From Zancudomyces culisetae HAW-14-8 (taxonomy: Eukaryota > Fungi > Kickxellomycota), in the NCBI GenBank assembly GCA_052426225.1, contig JBNJNM010000021.1, positions 2,356,001-2,420,000 of the forward strand: 64,000 nt of DNA, in the 5' to 3' direction. Below the pieces are notes generated by a model. It was not told the origin of the DNA. It saw nothing but the letters and a program-made list of their open reading frames with translations, and searched no databases. This document shows, one piece after another, positions 20,701 through 31,091 of this stretch; position 1 is the first letter of the stretch, and each line of letters starts with the position of its first letter. Position numbers and translations under genes: made by a program.

Positions 20701-21348
20701 GGAAAATGGTACTGGGTGATTGCTTTCGGTTTGGGTTTTATTTATGGGCTCAGACGGGGCATCATAGAATTCGTCATCTGAAGAAATATCTGGGCTACTA
20801 GGTCTATCTGCCTCGATATCAGAATGTTCATGAATTGGGGCTCTGAATACTGCATCTATTCTCTTTGGATTGCTAATACAGTTGTGTACACAGTAATTGG
20901 AGTTGAAAGATAATGAATGATTAATCCAATGTATTTGTGGATTATGTTTACGTAACCAAGGTAATCCCAAGACTATGGCTATATCAATTGAGTTTATAGG
21001 TAGTAATGATATTTCTTCACAGTGGTTATTAGATAATGTTAGTGTAAACCCAATACAAGTTTCAGTTATGGGTGATCCAGTTATTTTATTACCGTCGATG
21101 GTTTCTAACTCGATGTGTTGTGATATTGGTTTTCTGGGAAGGTTTAATCTTTTAGCTAACTTCTCCTGAATAAAGTTTCCTGTGGCACCGGAGTCAATTA
21201 GTGCCATTATTGGGACCGTAATGTTGTTATAAGATAACTTTATTGGAAAAGTGAATTTCCTTAAACTGTCTGTAAGATTATTAACGCTAAATAGGTAACG
21301 AGAACCCAGTAATAACTTCCCAGGTATTACTGAGTGTGGACTTTTCCC
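17761..21348 (-). CDS. pol: Pol polyprotein of element D (PR-RT-RH-IN-chromodomain), reached by -1 frameshift
   Basis: Open 1215-codon frame with IDSGA, YLDD, TDASD, HHCC, DDE, GPF and chromodomain motifs; slippery G GGA AAA at 21342-21348. Confidence 0.95.
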   Translation of the reverse strand, partial: GKSPHSVIPGKLLLGSRYLFSVNNLTDSLRKFTFPIKLSYNNITVPIMALIDSGATGNFIQEKLAKRLNLPRKPISQHIELETIDGNKITGSPITETCIGFTLTLSNNHCEEISLLPINSIDIAIVLGLPWLRKHNPQIHWINHSLSFNSNYCVHNCISNPKRIDAVFRAPIHEHSDIEADRPSSPDISSDDEFYDAPSEPINKTQTESNHPVPFSINTDNVSTSNSADPIHIPPQYHDLQSVFDPVEADRLPPNRSYDCPIELTSNILPKMGPIYPLSVVESQALYDYIQENLKKGFIVKSKSQIGAPIMFVDKKDGGLRPCVDYRKINEITAKNIYPLPRIDESFDHLSKAKYFTKLDLRGAYNLVRIRPGDEWKTAFRCRYGLYEYRVMPFGLTNAPATFQTFMNDILREALDIYAIAYLDDILIFSSSLEEHYSHVRTILKILKENKLYAKLEKCKFHQTSIDFLGHVISQKGITSDPQKVAKLIDWEIPKTIKDIQVFLGFVNYYRKFIPNMANIALPLTNLLKKDIAFKWNNEEQNSFTTLIRHLAGLPLLSYPNHDKQYIVETDASDYAMGAILSQYDEDNELRPVAYYSRKFTPAEINYDIYDKEMLAIVTAMKEWRHYLEGTQQTTIVYTDHKNLEHFKNAQTLNRRHARWSLTLSRYNFLITYRPGTEGGKPDALSRRSEYQQGPPLPKNIFRNTNFLYAIIQPHNPILSKILNESKKDKYAIKLLKKINLPTKSNNDKQPIYRIDNGIIKYKERIYLPESTRLDVIKMHHDSTTAGHYGIKKTLDLLRRTFWFPDMNNYVRKYIETCDICKRTKIPRHRKFGLLTPLPVPSGPWKSVTMDFIVELPPSNGYTTILVMVDRFTKMAKFVPIKKLPTAQQTADIFLKHIFSNYGLPEEIITDRGSQSTSKFWQRLLKLLKIKSKLSSAFHPETDGQSERTNQTLEQYLRAFISYQQDNWDTLLPMAEFSYNNSKHSSTKSSPFYSLMGYHPNFTTIKLSTTQVPEADEHINNLRKINTLLKTNLYNSNKKSKLYADRKRTSGPEIKPNDLVWLNAKNIKTDRPSKKLDHQFLGPFKVLKRIGKVAYKLELPESMKIHPTFHISLLEPYKPNEIPGRVKEPPPAITVEGQNEYEVAKILDSRKRYNKIEYLVDWKGHSAAERSWEPSENLNCDRLLTLYHKNHPYKP

Positions 21349-22127
21349 GACTGAGTTTTGTTTGGACAGCGAATAGCTATATGTCCTTGATTTCCACAAT
21401 ACATGCATAACCCAAGAGCTCTGCGTCTGTCCTTTTCTTCTTGAGAGAGATGTGGTCGCTGTTTGGTAACTAGTGCGTCTATTTCCATAGGTTCACCTGG
21501 TGGAAGGTCATCATGCATAGTACTTTGAACAGGTTCTGCTTTAGTTATTGGTCTCTGAAATGATGAATTATAATAACCCGGAGCGCTTCTTAACATTCGT
21601 CGATTGGAAAGGCGGTTATCAACTTTTACAGCTAGAGTTATAGTGTCCTCCAGTTTTATAGGCATATCATTCATCATAAGAAAGTTCATGACATTGTCAT
21701 TTAGTCCTCTTAAGAACTGGTCAATTAGTGCAGCTTGGTCAAATCCGCTGATTCTGGCTGAAGTCCTGAATTCGGCAGCATAGTTAGCCACGCTTCTTGG
21801 CCCTTGTTTACATCTACGTAATTCTCCTCTAGCTCTTATTTCTTGGCTGGGGTCTGAAAAATTCTTCTTAAATAATTCCAAAAACTGAGCATAGTTTGCG
21901 AGGTCTGTTGATTTTTCCTCGATGAGCGAGTTAAACCATATGGCTGTGGGTCCTGTTAAGTGTGCGCCAATAAATACTATTTTGTTTTTTTCAGTCTTGA
22001 ATAGATCTCCACGTGCCCAAAAATAAAGCTCAATGCTTGACATGAAGGCTTGGAATTCTGAAGGTTTCCCACTAAAACGTGGAGCGTCTGGAAGTTTAAT
22101 GCTTGACTCGGTGAATATACTTGACAT
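21327..22127 (-). CDS. gag: Gag of element D (266 aa)
   Basis: ATG 27 nt inside the LTR edge; PRFSG capsid motif, EPMEID, CMYCGNQGHIAIRC zinc knuckle. Confidence 0.93.
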   Translation of the reverse strand: MSSIFTESSIKLPDAPRFSGKPSEFQAFMSSIELYFWARGDLFKTEKNKIVFIGAHLTGPTAIWFNSLIEEKSTDLANYAQFLELFKKNFSDPSQEIRARGELRRCKQGPRSVANYAAEFRTSARISGFDQAALIDQFLRGLNDNVMNFLMMNDMPIKLEDTITLAVKVDNRLSNRRMLRSAPGYYNSSFQRPITKAEPVQSTMHDDLPPGEPMEIDALVTKQRPHLSQEEKDRRRALGLCMYCGNQGHIAIRCPNKTQSGKVHTQ

Positions 22128-22141
22128 GGTATCTTGAATAG

Positions 22142-22152
22142 AAGTTTTACAA
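22142..22152 (-). other. Self-priming PBS of element D (11 nt)
   Basis: AAGTTTTACAA is the exact reverse complement of TTGTAAAACTT at 22235-22245; minus-strand TATATAA at ~22273-22279. Confidence 0.82.
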
Positions 22153-22154
22153 AC

Positions 22155-22457
22155 TGTCAAGGTCTGGACTTGGATAAAATATATTTATTAGTAAACTAGA
22201 CTATAAGTGAATAAACTAAACGAAACTAAACTCGTTGTAAAACTTATCGTTCCATCATGATAATCGTATAGCTTATATACTTTTCATGATGGGACGATAA
22301 TTTTAAAAATTATACTAATTTAAAACATAACTAAAACATAACTAAAACATTTAAATTAATAATGTGGAGGTCGGTAAATGTTATGGTTATAATTGATAAA
22401 TTATATGAAACATTGTCCTGTGGAGACAAAGGTTTCATATAATTTAAAACCATAACA
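22155..22457 (-). repeat. 5' LTR of element D (303 bp)
   Basis: Identical to 17239-17541; followed by the CAACA TSD. Confidence 0.96.
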
Positions 22458-22563
22458 CAACAAGGATTTTATTGCTTTAGGAATCTTTAGAAATAAAATG
22501 CTTTACATCTCATAGTATTTTATTAAATAAATCATAGTTATAGTTAATACAAATAGCCATTAG

Positions 22564-22848
22564 TGTCAAGTCGTGACAATCATTCTATCATACAAGCCCT
22601 ATAGTAGTTAATAAATAGTAATGATCAACTCCAGATGTTTATATTAAGTTTAAATAGTTTTAATCAAGTTTATAATTTATAGCAATAAGCATACGATACA
22701 TATTTACATTTATAATAAAAAGATAATTAATTAAAAGTAAAAATTTAATTATACAACTGAATTTTAGGGAACATTCTACAACATTGCTGCGGATATTAAT
22801 CAGACGATTCTAGAACGTTTTCGAACATTTTAGAATCGGTATATGACA
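22564..22848 (-). repeat. LTR relic sharing the HSE-bearing U3 end with family A
   Basis: TGTCAAG...TGACA; ~22765-22848 matches 1461-1542 and is followed by CGACC, as at 1543; the rest does not align; no TSD. Confidence 0.65.
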
Positions 22849-24565
22849 CGACCTAATTCTTTTTTGATTGTAAATAAAACAGTTAAAGTGATTTTATTTT
22901 TTGATGTAATTATATTTTTCTTTGAACTCTTGAGCTATTCTCGTAAATGATTGTTGGGACTTAAACTCAGAATACCCTACAATGTTTAAAGTCTATTAGA
23001 CAAATGATTAATAACCATTTATTAAGGTTATGAGGCAAGTTTTGTATAATATATTTCTTAAAGTCAGAACACTGAATAGACAAGTTAGTACTATTTTAAT
23101 TATTATTTATTTGAATAATAGACGATTTTGTCTGATTTACCGTAGTAGTGATATTCTTGTGTTATTAATTAACCAAAAATATTCCTTTTTAATCTAGATA
23201 TTTATTTTTAATAATTCAATACTTTAATTTATATATTTATTAAGTTTTCTATAGTACATTTTTTATATCCTAATACAGCAAACAAATTATTTTCATGTAT
23301 GCTAATTTTAAATGCTAAATAATAGACACTGTGTGAACATGATTCGTTTAAGATCTTAATCGAGAATTACATAAATTGTATTATTATACAAACAACTAAA
23401 AATCAACAATAACTGTATATACATAATTGACAACTACTATATAATGTATTAATATTCGAATAATTACAAAAAAGTAATGAAATTAAATACATTACAAAGA
23501 TATATATTTAATAAATAAATTGTTTAATAAAAAAACAAATAACAAAAATAAAAGTATGAAATTATGAAGAATTATCAGAATGTAGTAAAACAAGACTACA
23601 GCCAAAAAGGAGAAATTTTTGATAATACTTAATTGAGAGTAGTTTATAGTTTATATTAAATTAAAGACTCGGAGAAATTATTTTTGCACCTTTATAGTTT
23701 AATAATAGTAAAATGTAAGATAAATAAATTTAATTGTGAAAGAAATCCAGTTTTAGGAAATCTAGAAGTTTATTAGTAATAGTGCTACGGCTAGTGATAA
23801 ATACAAGTTATAAAAAAAATTAAAATAACTATTAATAACTCACAACTAACACGTCACGCTTCGTATTAAAATTCGAACCGCGTTAATTCAGACAGTCAAA
23901 GATGAGAACCGATACTCAACTGATAGTGATCGTTCAGGATCAACTTCTATAGAAGTAGATCGCAACGAATCGCTCACTCATTTACTGATTTCATGGATCA
24001 TGCTTTTTATCAAATGAATAATTCGACGAAGGATGGGGTTACGCTCAATCCGATCCGACTGAGTACATCTTTTTGTAAATTATTTTTTTCTAAGCTAATA
24101 CACAATTCACAGATTGCTATCACCTAAGATGTATTTCCATTTTGATGGGTCTAGGCCAGTGCTGACGACGTAGATCTGATATTAACTGTTCTTTTATTCG
24201 AATTTAAAAAAAAGCTTCATCCCCGTTCGATGTGATAGTTTGTACATTTATTAATTGATCATAAATATTTTATAGCTTTTTGGAGTTTTTTTTGGGGTTT
24301 TTAGGTTTGAATCATTTTCTGGTGACGATAATTTACAACACTTGTCTAATATTAACAAAATTAATAGCACTATTGTATTTTGGTTCATGGATTCATGATA
24401 TTCATGTTTATTGAACTTTTAATCGTTTTGAGTGGTTAAATACAAGCAAAAAATAAAATTGAATTGAATAATAATTTAGTTCGTCAAATTGGCTTAGTAC
24501 ATATTACTCACTAGAATAATTAACAAATTTTAGGTGATTTATACACACTTATTTCTCTTCACCAG

Positions 24566-24791
24566 TGTTGTGATATCAGCAAATTTATTATTTGTTTTAA
24601 CTAACTTTACCATATAGCTATATGATTAACTATCTTAACATTTACGAACTACTAACTGAACTATCTCCTTGTCCCATCTCTATCTAGTCTGTTATATATA
24701 TAAAGTTAGCTATTTATGTAACTAATTGTACTCTTGCTCATGCTCCGTGTTTCATGTTTCTGGGCGTGAATTTGAATGGTTAATCACGACA
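24566..24791. repeat. Possible solo LTR (226 bp)
   Basis: Terminal inverted TGTTGTGAT/ATCACGACA and an internal TATA run; TSD not convincing. Confidence 0.45.
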
Positions 24792-26025
24792 TTAGTACTG
24801 CTGTTTCTTTAATAATTCCTATTCAAAATTTTTTTCATTTTTTCATTTTAGCAAGTCATAATCCTACCGCCATGTGTTCAATACTGCAATAAAAATCATG
24901 AACCAGTGTGTAAGGGTAGTAAAATAATGTTAATTTCAAGAACTAGAATTGTCCAATATCTTGTATGGCCGAGAGTCGAAATCAATAATAATTAGAATGA
25001 ACGTAAATTGGATAATTTGTAAGATGACAGATAATAATAAAGAGGAGCTGAAAACCTTTAGAAGTTAGTTAATTCAGATCATAAATTAATTAGCTAATTA
25101 GTGAAAAAGATACATTAAGCCACTAAATAAGTCGCAACATAGCATCAATTTCACATGGGCTATAGTTTTTAATTTCTAAACATTCATTTCAATTTTAATT
25201 TTTTTAGTAAAGCTTTTTATTTGGGTAATTTTATTAATTAGTTGTAGAAGATTATGACACCAATTTTATGTAATTTTTTTGTTTATTTAGACCTAATAGC
25301 AAACATATATTATCTAATTTTGTCTTATAGGGATAATTTATATAGCTGGAAATTTAATTTTGTCTTTGTAAGAAATACCGATATACTTTGTACTAGAAAC
25401 ACTCAATAAATAAATGGAAGGGGACTGGGCGAACTGTTTGTGACCATCTTTCACTCACATTTTTAGCCACTTAAATATTTTCAGAGTAACTAGTATTACT
25501 TAAAAAGATTATAGCCTACAATTTATAAAGGAAAATGATAATGTCAACAAAGATATTTAGTACAAGTCTTAAACTGTGCCATAGCTAATGATTATTTAAA
25601 CCTATCCAGCTACGAAATCGGTGAAAGTTGTGAACTACAACTAATTTGAGAGTAATATATATGGTGCAAACCCTATAGACTTCAAACTTGTTCAAGAAAA
25701 ATATAGCCCAAATTATGATAAATGCTCAACCATTTTTTACTAAATCAACTCTCAATAATCCTTCAACATTTCTAACAAACTCAACACTAACATACAAAAA
25801 TTGTTTATCAGTCTTGAAAAATAAACTAACTTGGGGTGAATATAGCCTATTAGAATAAAATGTATAATACTCATTTAAACAAATACCTAATTTTCTGTAT
25901 TATTTATTTTGATAACGTTTTTCTTGGCCCTAAAAAAGAGTATATAACAACTTACCAAGGTTGTAATTTCAAGTATACCTATTATAAAATTGAAGTATAT
26001 TCCATCATAATATTTCAGCGTAACA

Positions 26026-27024
26026 ATGAGACAAATTTCCATTAATGCAAAGAGGCTTAGGACATTGCTAATATCGCTGCTACTGGTTGTATCCATAACC
26101 TTAGTATACCTTCTATCGCAGAGATCGCTTTGCACCGGTAATTTTGGTGAAGGTGGTACAGGGTTTTTGAATCAAGAAGTAACTAAGGATGGAATGGATT
26201 ATGCCTTAAAAGACATTTTAGATAGTAATGAGCATGAAAACGATGACACTCTTCGTTATCGAGGCAATGATATAACTAATATTGTTAAAATCGGCAAAAG
26301 TGGTAAATATGAAGGTTTCAAATACATCAAGCTAGCAGATATTTCGGAAGAAGCAAGTATAACCAACCTTGTAACATTCGACGACAAAAATTCAGACTAT
26401 GCAATTATCATACCCATATCCCCAGCAGACGATATATTCTGGATAAAAAACTTGTATTATGGCTTTAATGTTTTAACAGTATGTGATAAAGACGATCCAA
26501 GGGCACAAAAAAAGCATTTATGTGATATTGTGCTAGACGATAACTATGAATACCGCACACTTGCCAAAAAAACAAATGACATGATTAGTAAAATCTGTAA
26601 GACACTTCCGCGGTACAAAGCAATTGTAAAACTTGATTTTGACGTCGTTATAAATAAAAAGTACTTAGTCGAACTCCTTAATCTAATGATTCCAAACGGT
26701 GATAAACGCCTATATTTCGGTGACCCAAACTACAAGGGAACAAATAAAGTAGCAATGAATGGTAAAGTATATGCATTTACCAGAAGGCTACTGGAAGATT
26801 TTTGCAACTGTACAGAGGTACCAAAAACGAGATATGGTATGTCAGAAGATAATTGGTTTGGGGATACACTTGCGAGGTGTGCACTTCAAAAAAATGAAAA
26901 GTTTAATTACAATGATGAGTATATTTTGATAATATCAGATGGATATCAAATACATCATAAGGAGTACACCAAGGGAAATGTAAATTACAAAGTAGGAAGA
27001 TTCGCGTACAAAACAGATAAATAA
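26026..27024 (+). CDS. Type II membrane glycosyltransferase-like protein (GT31/fringe-like), paralogue 1
   Basis: N-terminal TM; KLDFD (DxD), YFG, MNGKVYAFT and EDNWFG resemble the GT31 KxDxD, GxxY and EDVxxG motifs. Confidence 0.65.
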   Translation: MRQISINAKRLRTLLISLLLVVSITLVYLLSQRSLCTGNFGEGGTGFLNQEVTKDGMDYALKDILDSNEHENDDTLRYRGNDITNIVKIGKSGKYEGFKYIKLADISEEASITNLVTFDDKNSDYAIIIPISPADDIFWIKNLYYGFNVLTVCDKDDPRAQKKHLCDIVLDDNYEYRTLAKKTNDMISKICKTLPRYKAIVKLDFDVVINKKYLVELLNLMIPNGDKRLYFGDPNYKGTNKVAMNGKVYAFTRRLLEDFCNCTEVPKTRYGMSEDNWFGDTLARCALQKNEKFNYNDEYILIISDGYQIHHKEYTKGNVNYKVGRFAYKTDK

Positions 27025-29478
27025 TAATACAAAACCTAATTATCCTAGTTAATTCTGGATAACGTACTAGAGCGTATATTTATGTTTTTCTACTGTCTAT
27101 CCATTTTTTATTTATTGTTTTACACTAGCACTTTTCTGTGCAAACTCGAATAAATAAATCAAACAAACATCAATACTATCCTGGCACTTTTAAACACAAC
27201 AATATACATTTTTCAATCTCAACCTTAATTTAAAACAAAAAAAATGAAAAAACTAAAATATTATAGCTGGGAATCAAGCCTCTTATTTCAGTGTCTTTGC
27301 TTAGCATTAAAATCGTTTGTATTCTGTTGCCTCAATAGCTACCTAAAATATCATTCAAGAAATAAATGTATAATAAACTGATTTTCACAACCCATAACAT
27401 TCTAACATCCACCCATTTAGAATATATCCTATACAAGAGAGTGCTGCCGAGGGGAGATAATGTTTAGAAAAATTTTACGCCACAGTACGCCTCTAAACTC
27501 AATTTCATGAGTCTTTTTTGATAGATGAAATTATTTAGTTACTAGTCCTTATTTCTGGTTCATTGTATTTTAAATAGAACGCAACGAGTTAATTCATATC
27601 TGTAAGTATAACTTGCCAAAATGTTTAGTTTAAAATGTTTGTAACTAGTGAGACTACAAACCAGAACACCAGGGTAAGTTGATGAATTATTGTTCCTTTA
27701 TTTAGGGTTGTTTGACTAATAAGTCAAGATATAACTAATATGACTGAAAAATGTGAATCCAAATAATACCTTTGATTTAGAAGTAGGATGTCTAAATGTT
27801 TAAAAACCAAGAGCTCCGCATGGAACCTATCAATAAATAGTAGGGAGCTAGCCTAACCACACTTTGAATATGAACACGGAATCCCCTGAAGATGAGTGCA
27901 GCTAGGGATAGGGCAAAGCAATCGAGCAAAGGTTATACAGAACAAATTCACAACAAAAATGCGAGGTGAAAAGAGTATAAGAGTTCTGAGTAAAAGCCCA
28001 ACGATAAGGGTATCTTGATGCATCATCAATCATAAATTATGACTTGAAATAGGGATCTCCAGAGAGTTCTGCTTAGGCGACCTTAAAAATTTGCTCAAGA
28101 AATGGGTTCCCGGTTGCAAGTGTAAATCCTAAAGTTGTAGCAAAGGTAATCAAATCAGAACCAATTATCTTTCAATATTGAGACTCTAGGGAGTCGAAGG
28201 GGAATTTGGTGAGTTAGATTATAATGTCTTTAATAGAAACTTTTTATTACCTAAGATTTTTTTTCACTGGATATTATTAAAATACTTGCATTTATATAAT
28301 ACTAATTTATTAAAATTACCCAACACACTTTTTTAAATATTTATTATTATTTTATAGTTAAAATTTGGATAATTTTTAATATATCTGAGATTAGAAAAAT
28401 TAATATATGGAATTAATCCAGCTAATATAGAGAAAAAACAATTCCCCAAAAAGAGATAACTCAAGCTTTTTATTCGAACTTGAGTGTTGTAGATTTACAT
28501 GCTAGGTTGTTGAGATATAAAAAATAAATAAATTTGTAATTACCCACTGAACAGCTAAAAAAGATATGCTCAGTCACTCATTATGTTTAACACACTTTTC
28601 AATATTCTGCACGTGCCCCACCCAATTTTACAAAAGCAATATACTAATAGTAATTAGAGAGTTAATGTTAACATTTAGTTTGGTAGACAAACAAGATACC
28701 ATTCACAACTATCACCTAAACCTTTGTTTATATTTCCATTTAAACCAAAGTACTATATTCTTAGTTTTATGTTTGAGAGTACTAAAAAAGCACTTATAGA
28801 AAAGTAAAAAATTAGTAAAGTAAAATGAGGAAGAATCTTATCTTTTGTTAGAAGCCATAACTTGTAGACCTGTCCTCTTCAAGTTTAAAACATTATTATT
28901 CGAAATTTTTACATATATGAATTAAAGGGGCTAATTACTCAAACCTGGAATTTCAGGTAATTAAAAAATTTATAGTCCAACAATTTTTAGCTCAAACATT
29001 TTTAAGATGAATTTATTAAATATACAAAATACTCGCATTAAAATAAACAGGCAATAATAAAATTAACTAATAGTACACTTTTGAGCCGATGTGATGAAAT
29101 TCATGATGGTGATAGGTGGAATAAAGAAGCCGAGTTGACACCCCGTGTCACACTAAGTATAAGTGAAGCTAATGTGTAATTGAACATTACTTTACAAACA
29201 AAAGTAAAACCTATCAGAAAATGTTTGAAGGATATAACTGTCTAATACTTCATGTATGTGGTTTTTTTGACGACCCACCACTTGGTATATTTTGCTTTCC
29301 TCTTTTCAAAAGTATTCTCTTTAATATATACGTTTGTCACAGTAAAAATTATATACATCTACGTTTTACAGCAATACCCAAGCAGTCAATATATTGTGCA
29401 AAGAGTCAAGTGTTTGGATCACGTTGGATTTCATAGAACGATTGTATTTGCTTGATAACTTAAAGTACAGAGAAAAAA

Positions 29479-30675
29479 ATGGTGCATATACGCATAGCTG
29501 TAAAGACTATATTAGTTATGCTGCTGATCTCTACAGCTATTTATCTATTTTTAGATTTGAGTATAACGCAGCTAGCTTCTAAACTAAGCCTAGGCAAGGT
29601 ATATTCACATCAATGGTCCAAGACCAAAAACAATGCTCTTCCACGGTCGGGGTTGCTTTATAATGATATTGTTAAAATGAACGACTATGACTTTATTGAT
29701 GGTGATAGCGGACCCAATGTTACTGGAGATTCTAAGGCTGATGCGAGAAATGATATCGCCACACCAAATACTGGCACCACAACTACCAATTCCAACTCCA
29801 ACTTCAACTCTGATAGTACAAACAATATCAAGCCCAATACAGCGAATGCTGAAGAAAGCAGAAACAGTCCCTCCACAATTGCAACAAGTTCAAAACTTAG
29901 CAACAACAACACTATTAAAGTTGACTACAAAGATATTGCAAAAGCAGTTACTTTAGGCGCAAAGAAGCGATACAAAGATATTAAATACATTAACTTACCA
30001 GACGTGTTTGGAACAGCAAGTATAACCAACCTTGCAACATTCAACAAAAATAATTCAGACTATGCAATTATCATACCCATATCCCCAGCAGACGATATAT
30101 TCTGGATAAAAAACCTGTATTATGGCTTTAACGTTTTAACAGTATGTGATAAAGACGATCCAAGGGCGCAACAAAAACATTTATGTGATGTTGTGCTAGA
30201 CGATAACTATGAATACCGCACACTTGCCAAAAAAACAAATGACATGATTAGTAAAATCTGTAAGACACTTCCGCGGTACAAAGCAATTGTAAAACTTGAT
30301 TTTGACATTGTTATAAACAAAAGCTACTTGGCTGCTATGCTCAAACTGATGGGTGCAAATCCTGACAAGAGAATCTACTTTGGTGATCCAAACTATAAAA
30401 AAAATAGTAAAGTCATATCTATGAATGGTAAAGTGTATGCGTTTACCAGAAGGCTACTTGAAGATTTTTGCAACTGTACAGAGGTACCAAAAACAAAACA
30501 TGGGATGTTTGAAGATAATTGGTTTGGGGAAGCTCTTGCAAATTGTGCACTCCAAATAAATGAAGAGTTTAATTACAATGATGAGTATATTTTTATATTC
30601 TCAGATGAATCGCAGATATATCATAAGGAGTACACCGGGAAGAGTGTAAAGTTAAGAATGGGTAGATTCGCTTGA
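29479..30675 (+). CDS. Type II membrane glycosyltransferase-like protein (GT31/fringe-like), paralogue 2 with an N/S/T-rich stem
   Basis: Same motifs as 26026-27024, with long identical peptide blocks. Confidence 0.65.
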   Translation: MVHIRIAVKTILVMLLISTAIYLFLDLSITQLASKLSLGKVYSHQWSKTKNNALPRSGLLYNDIVKMNDYDFIDGDSGPNVTGDSKADARNDIATPNTGTTTTNSNSNFNSDSTNNIKPNTANAEESRNSPSTIATSSKLSNNNTIKVDYKDIAKAVTLGAKKRYKDIKYINLPDVFGTASITNLATFNKNNSDYAIIIPISPADDIFWIKNLYYGFNVLTVCDKDDPRAQQKHLCDVVLDDNYEYRTLAKKTNDMISKICKTLPRYKAIVKLDFDIVINKSYLAAMLKLMGANPDKRIYFGDPNYKKNSKVISMNGKVYAFTRRLLEDFCNCTEVPKTKHGMFEDNWFGEALANCALQINEEFNYNDEYIFIFSDESQIYHKEYTGKSVKLRMGRFA

Positions 30676-31091
30676 TGTCCTTACACATTCAAAAATAAAT
30701 ATTTTAGTAGAATCGTAATTTACACTTTTTCCCCTTTGTTTTCATGATATAATAGTAGCTTTGTGATGTATAAAATATGAGTTGAGTAAAACCGTTATAT
30801 TAAATTAATGCTTGATATAAACATAAAAGTGTTCAACAGTAAACAAATAGACTAATACAAAAAAGTTTACTACAACAATCGGTCAACACGAGGTATGATA
30901 GTGTTTTATAAAAGAATAGATATGCATTTACACAAAAACAGACTAAACTATATCGACACTTTATAAAAAAAGGACGCTGTTGGAACTGGAATAGACAGTG
31001 TTTTTGACAAATTTAAAAAACAAAAGTAAAGGAAAATGATAAATAAACAGCAATGTCGCTTATATATTAAAACGTACAAAAGTCATGTAGT

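Larger units (their letters stand above)
17239..22457 (-). mobile_element. Ty3/gypsy chromovirus D, intact and potentially active
   Basis: Identical 303-bp LTRs 17239-17541 and 22155-22457; CAACA TSD (17234-17238, 22458-22462); uninterrupted gag and pol; PPT at 17545-17555. Confidence 0.97.

Noticed and set aside
23850-24240. U3 snoRNA (GGATCAACTTCTATAG resembles box A)
   Set aside because: No convincing B, C or D boxes; the match is part of a local palindrome, and the region reads more like a decayed gag after a possible LTR at ~23332-23844, too degenerate to call.
27540-28240. Moderately GC-richer intergenic patch, possible decayed coding or TE sequence (also 43130-43850)
   Set aside because: No sustained reading frame or motif could be recognised by eye.
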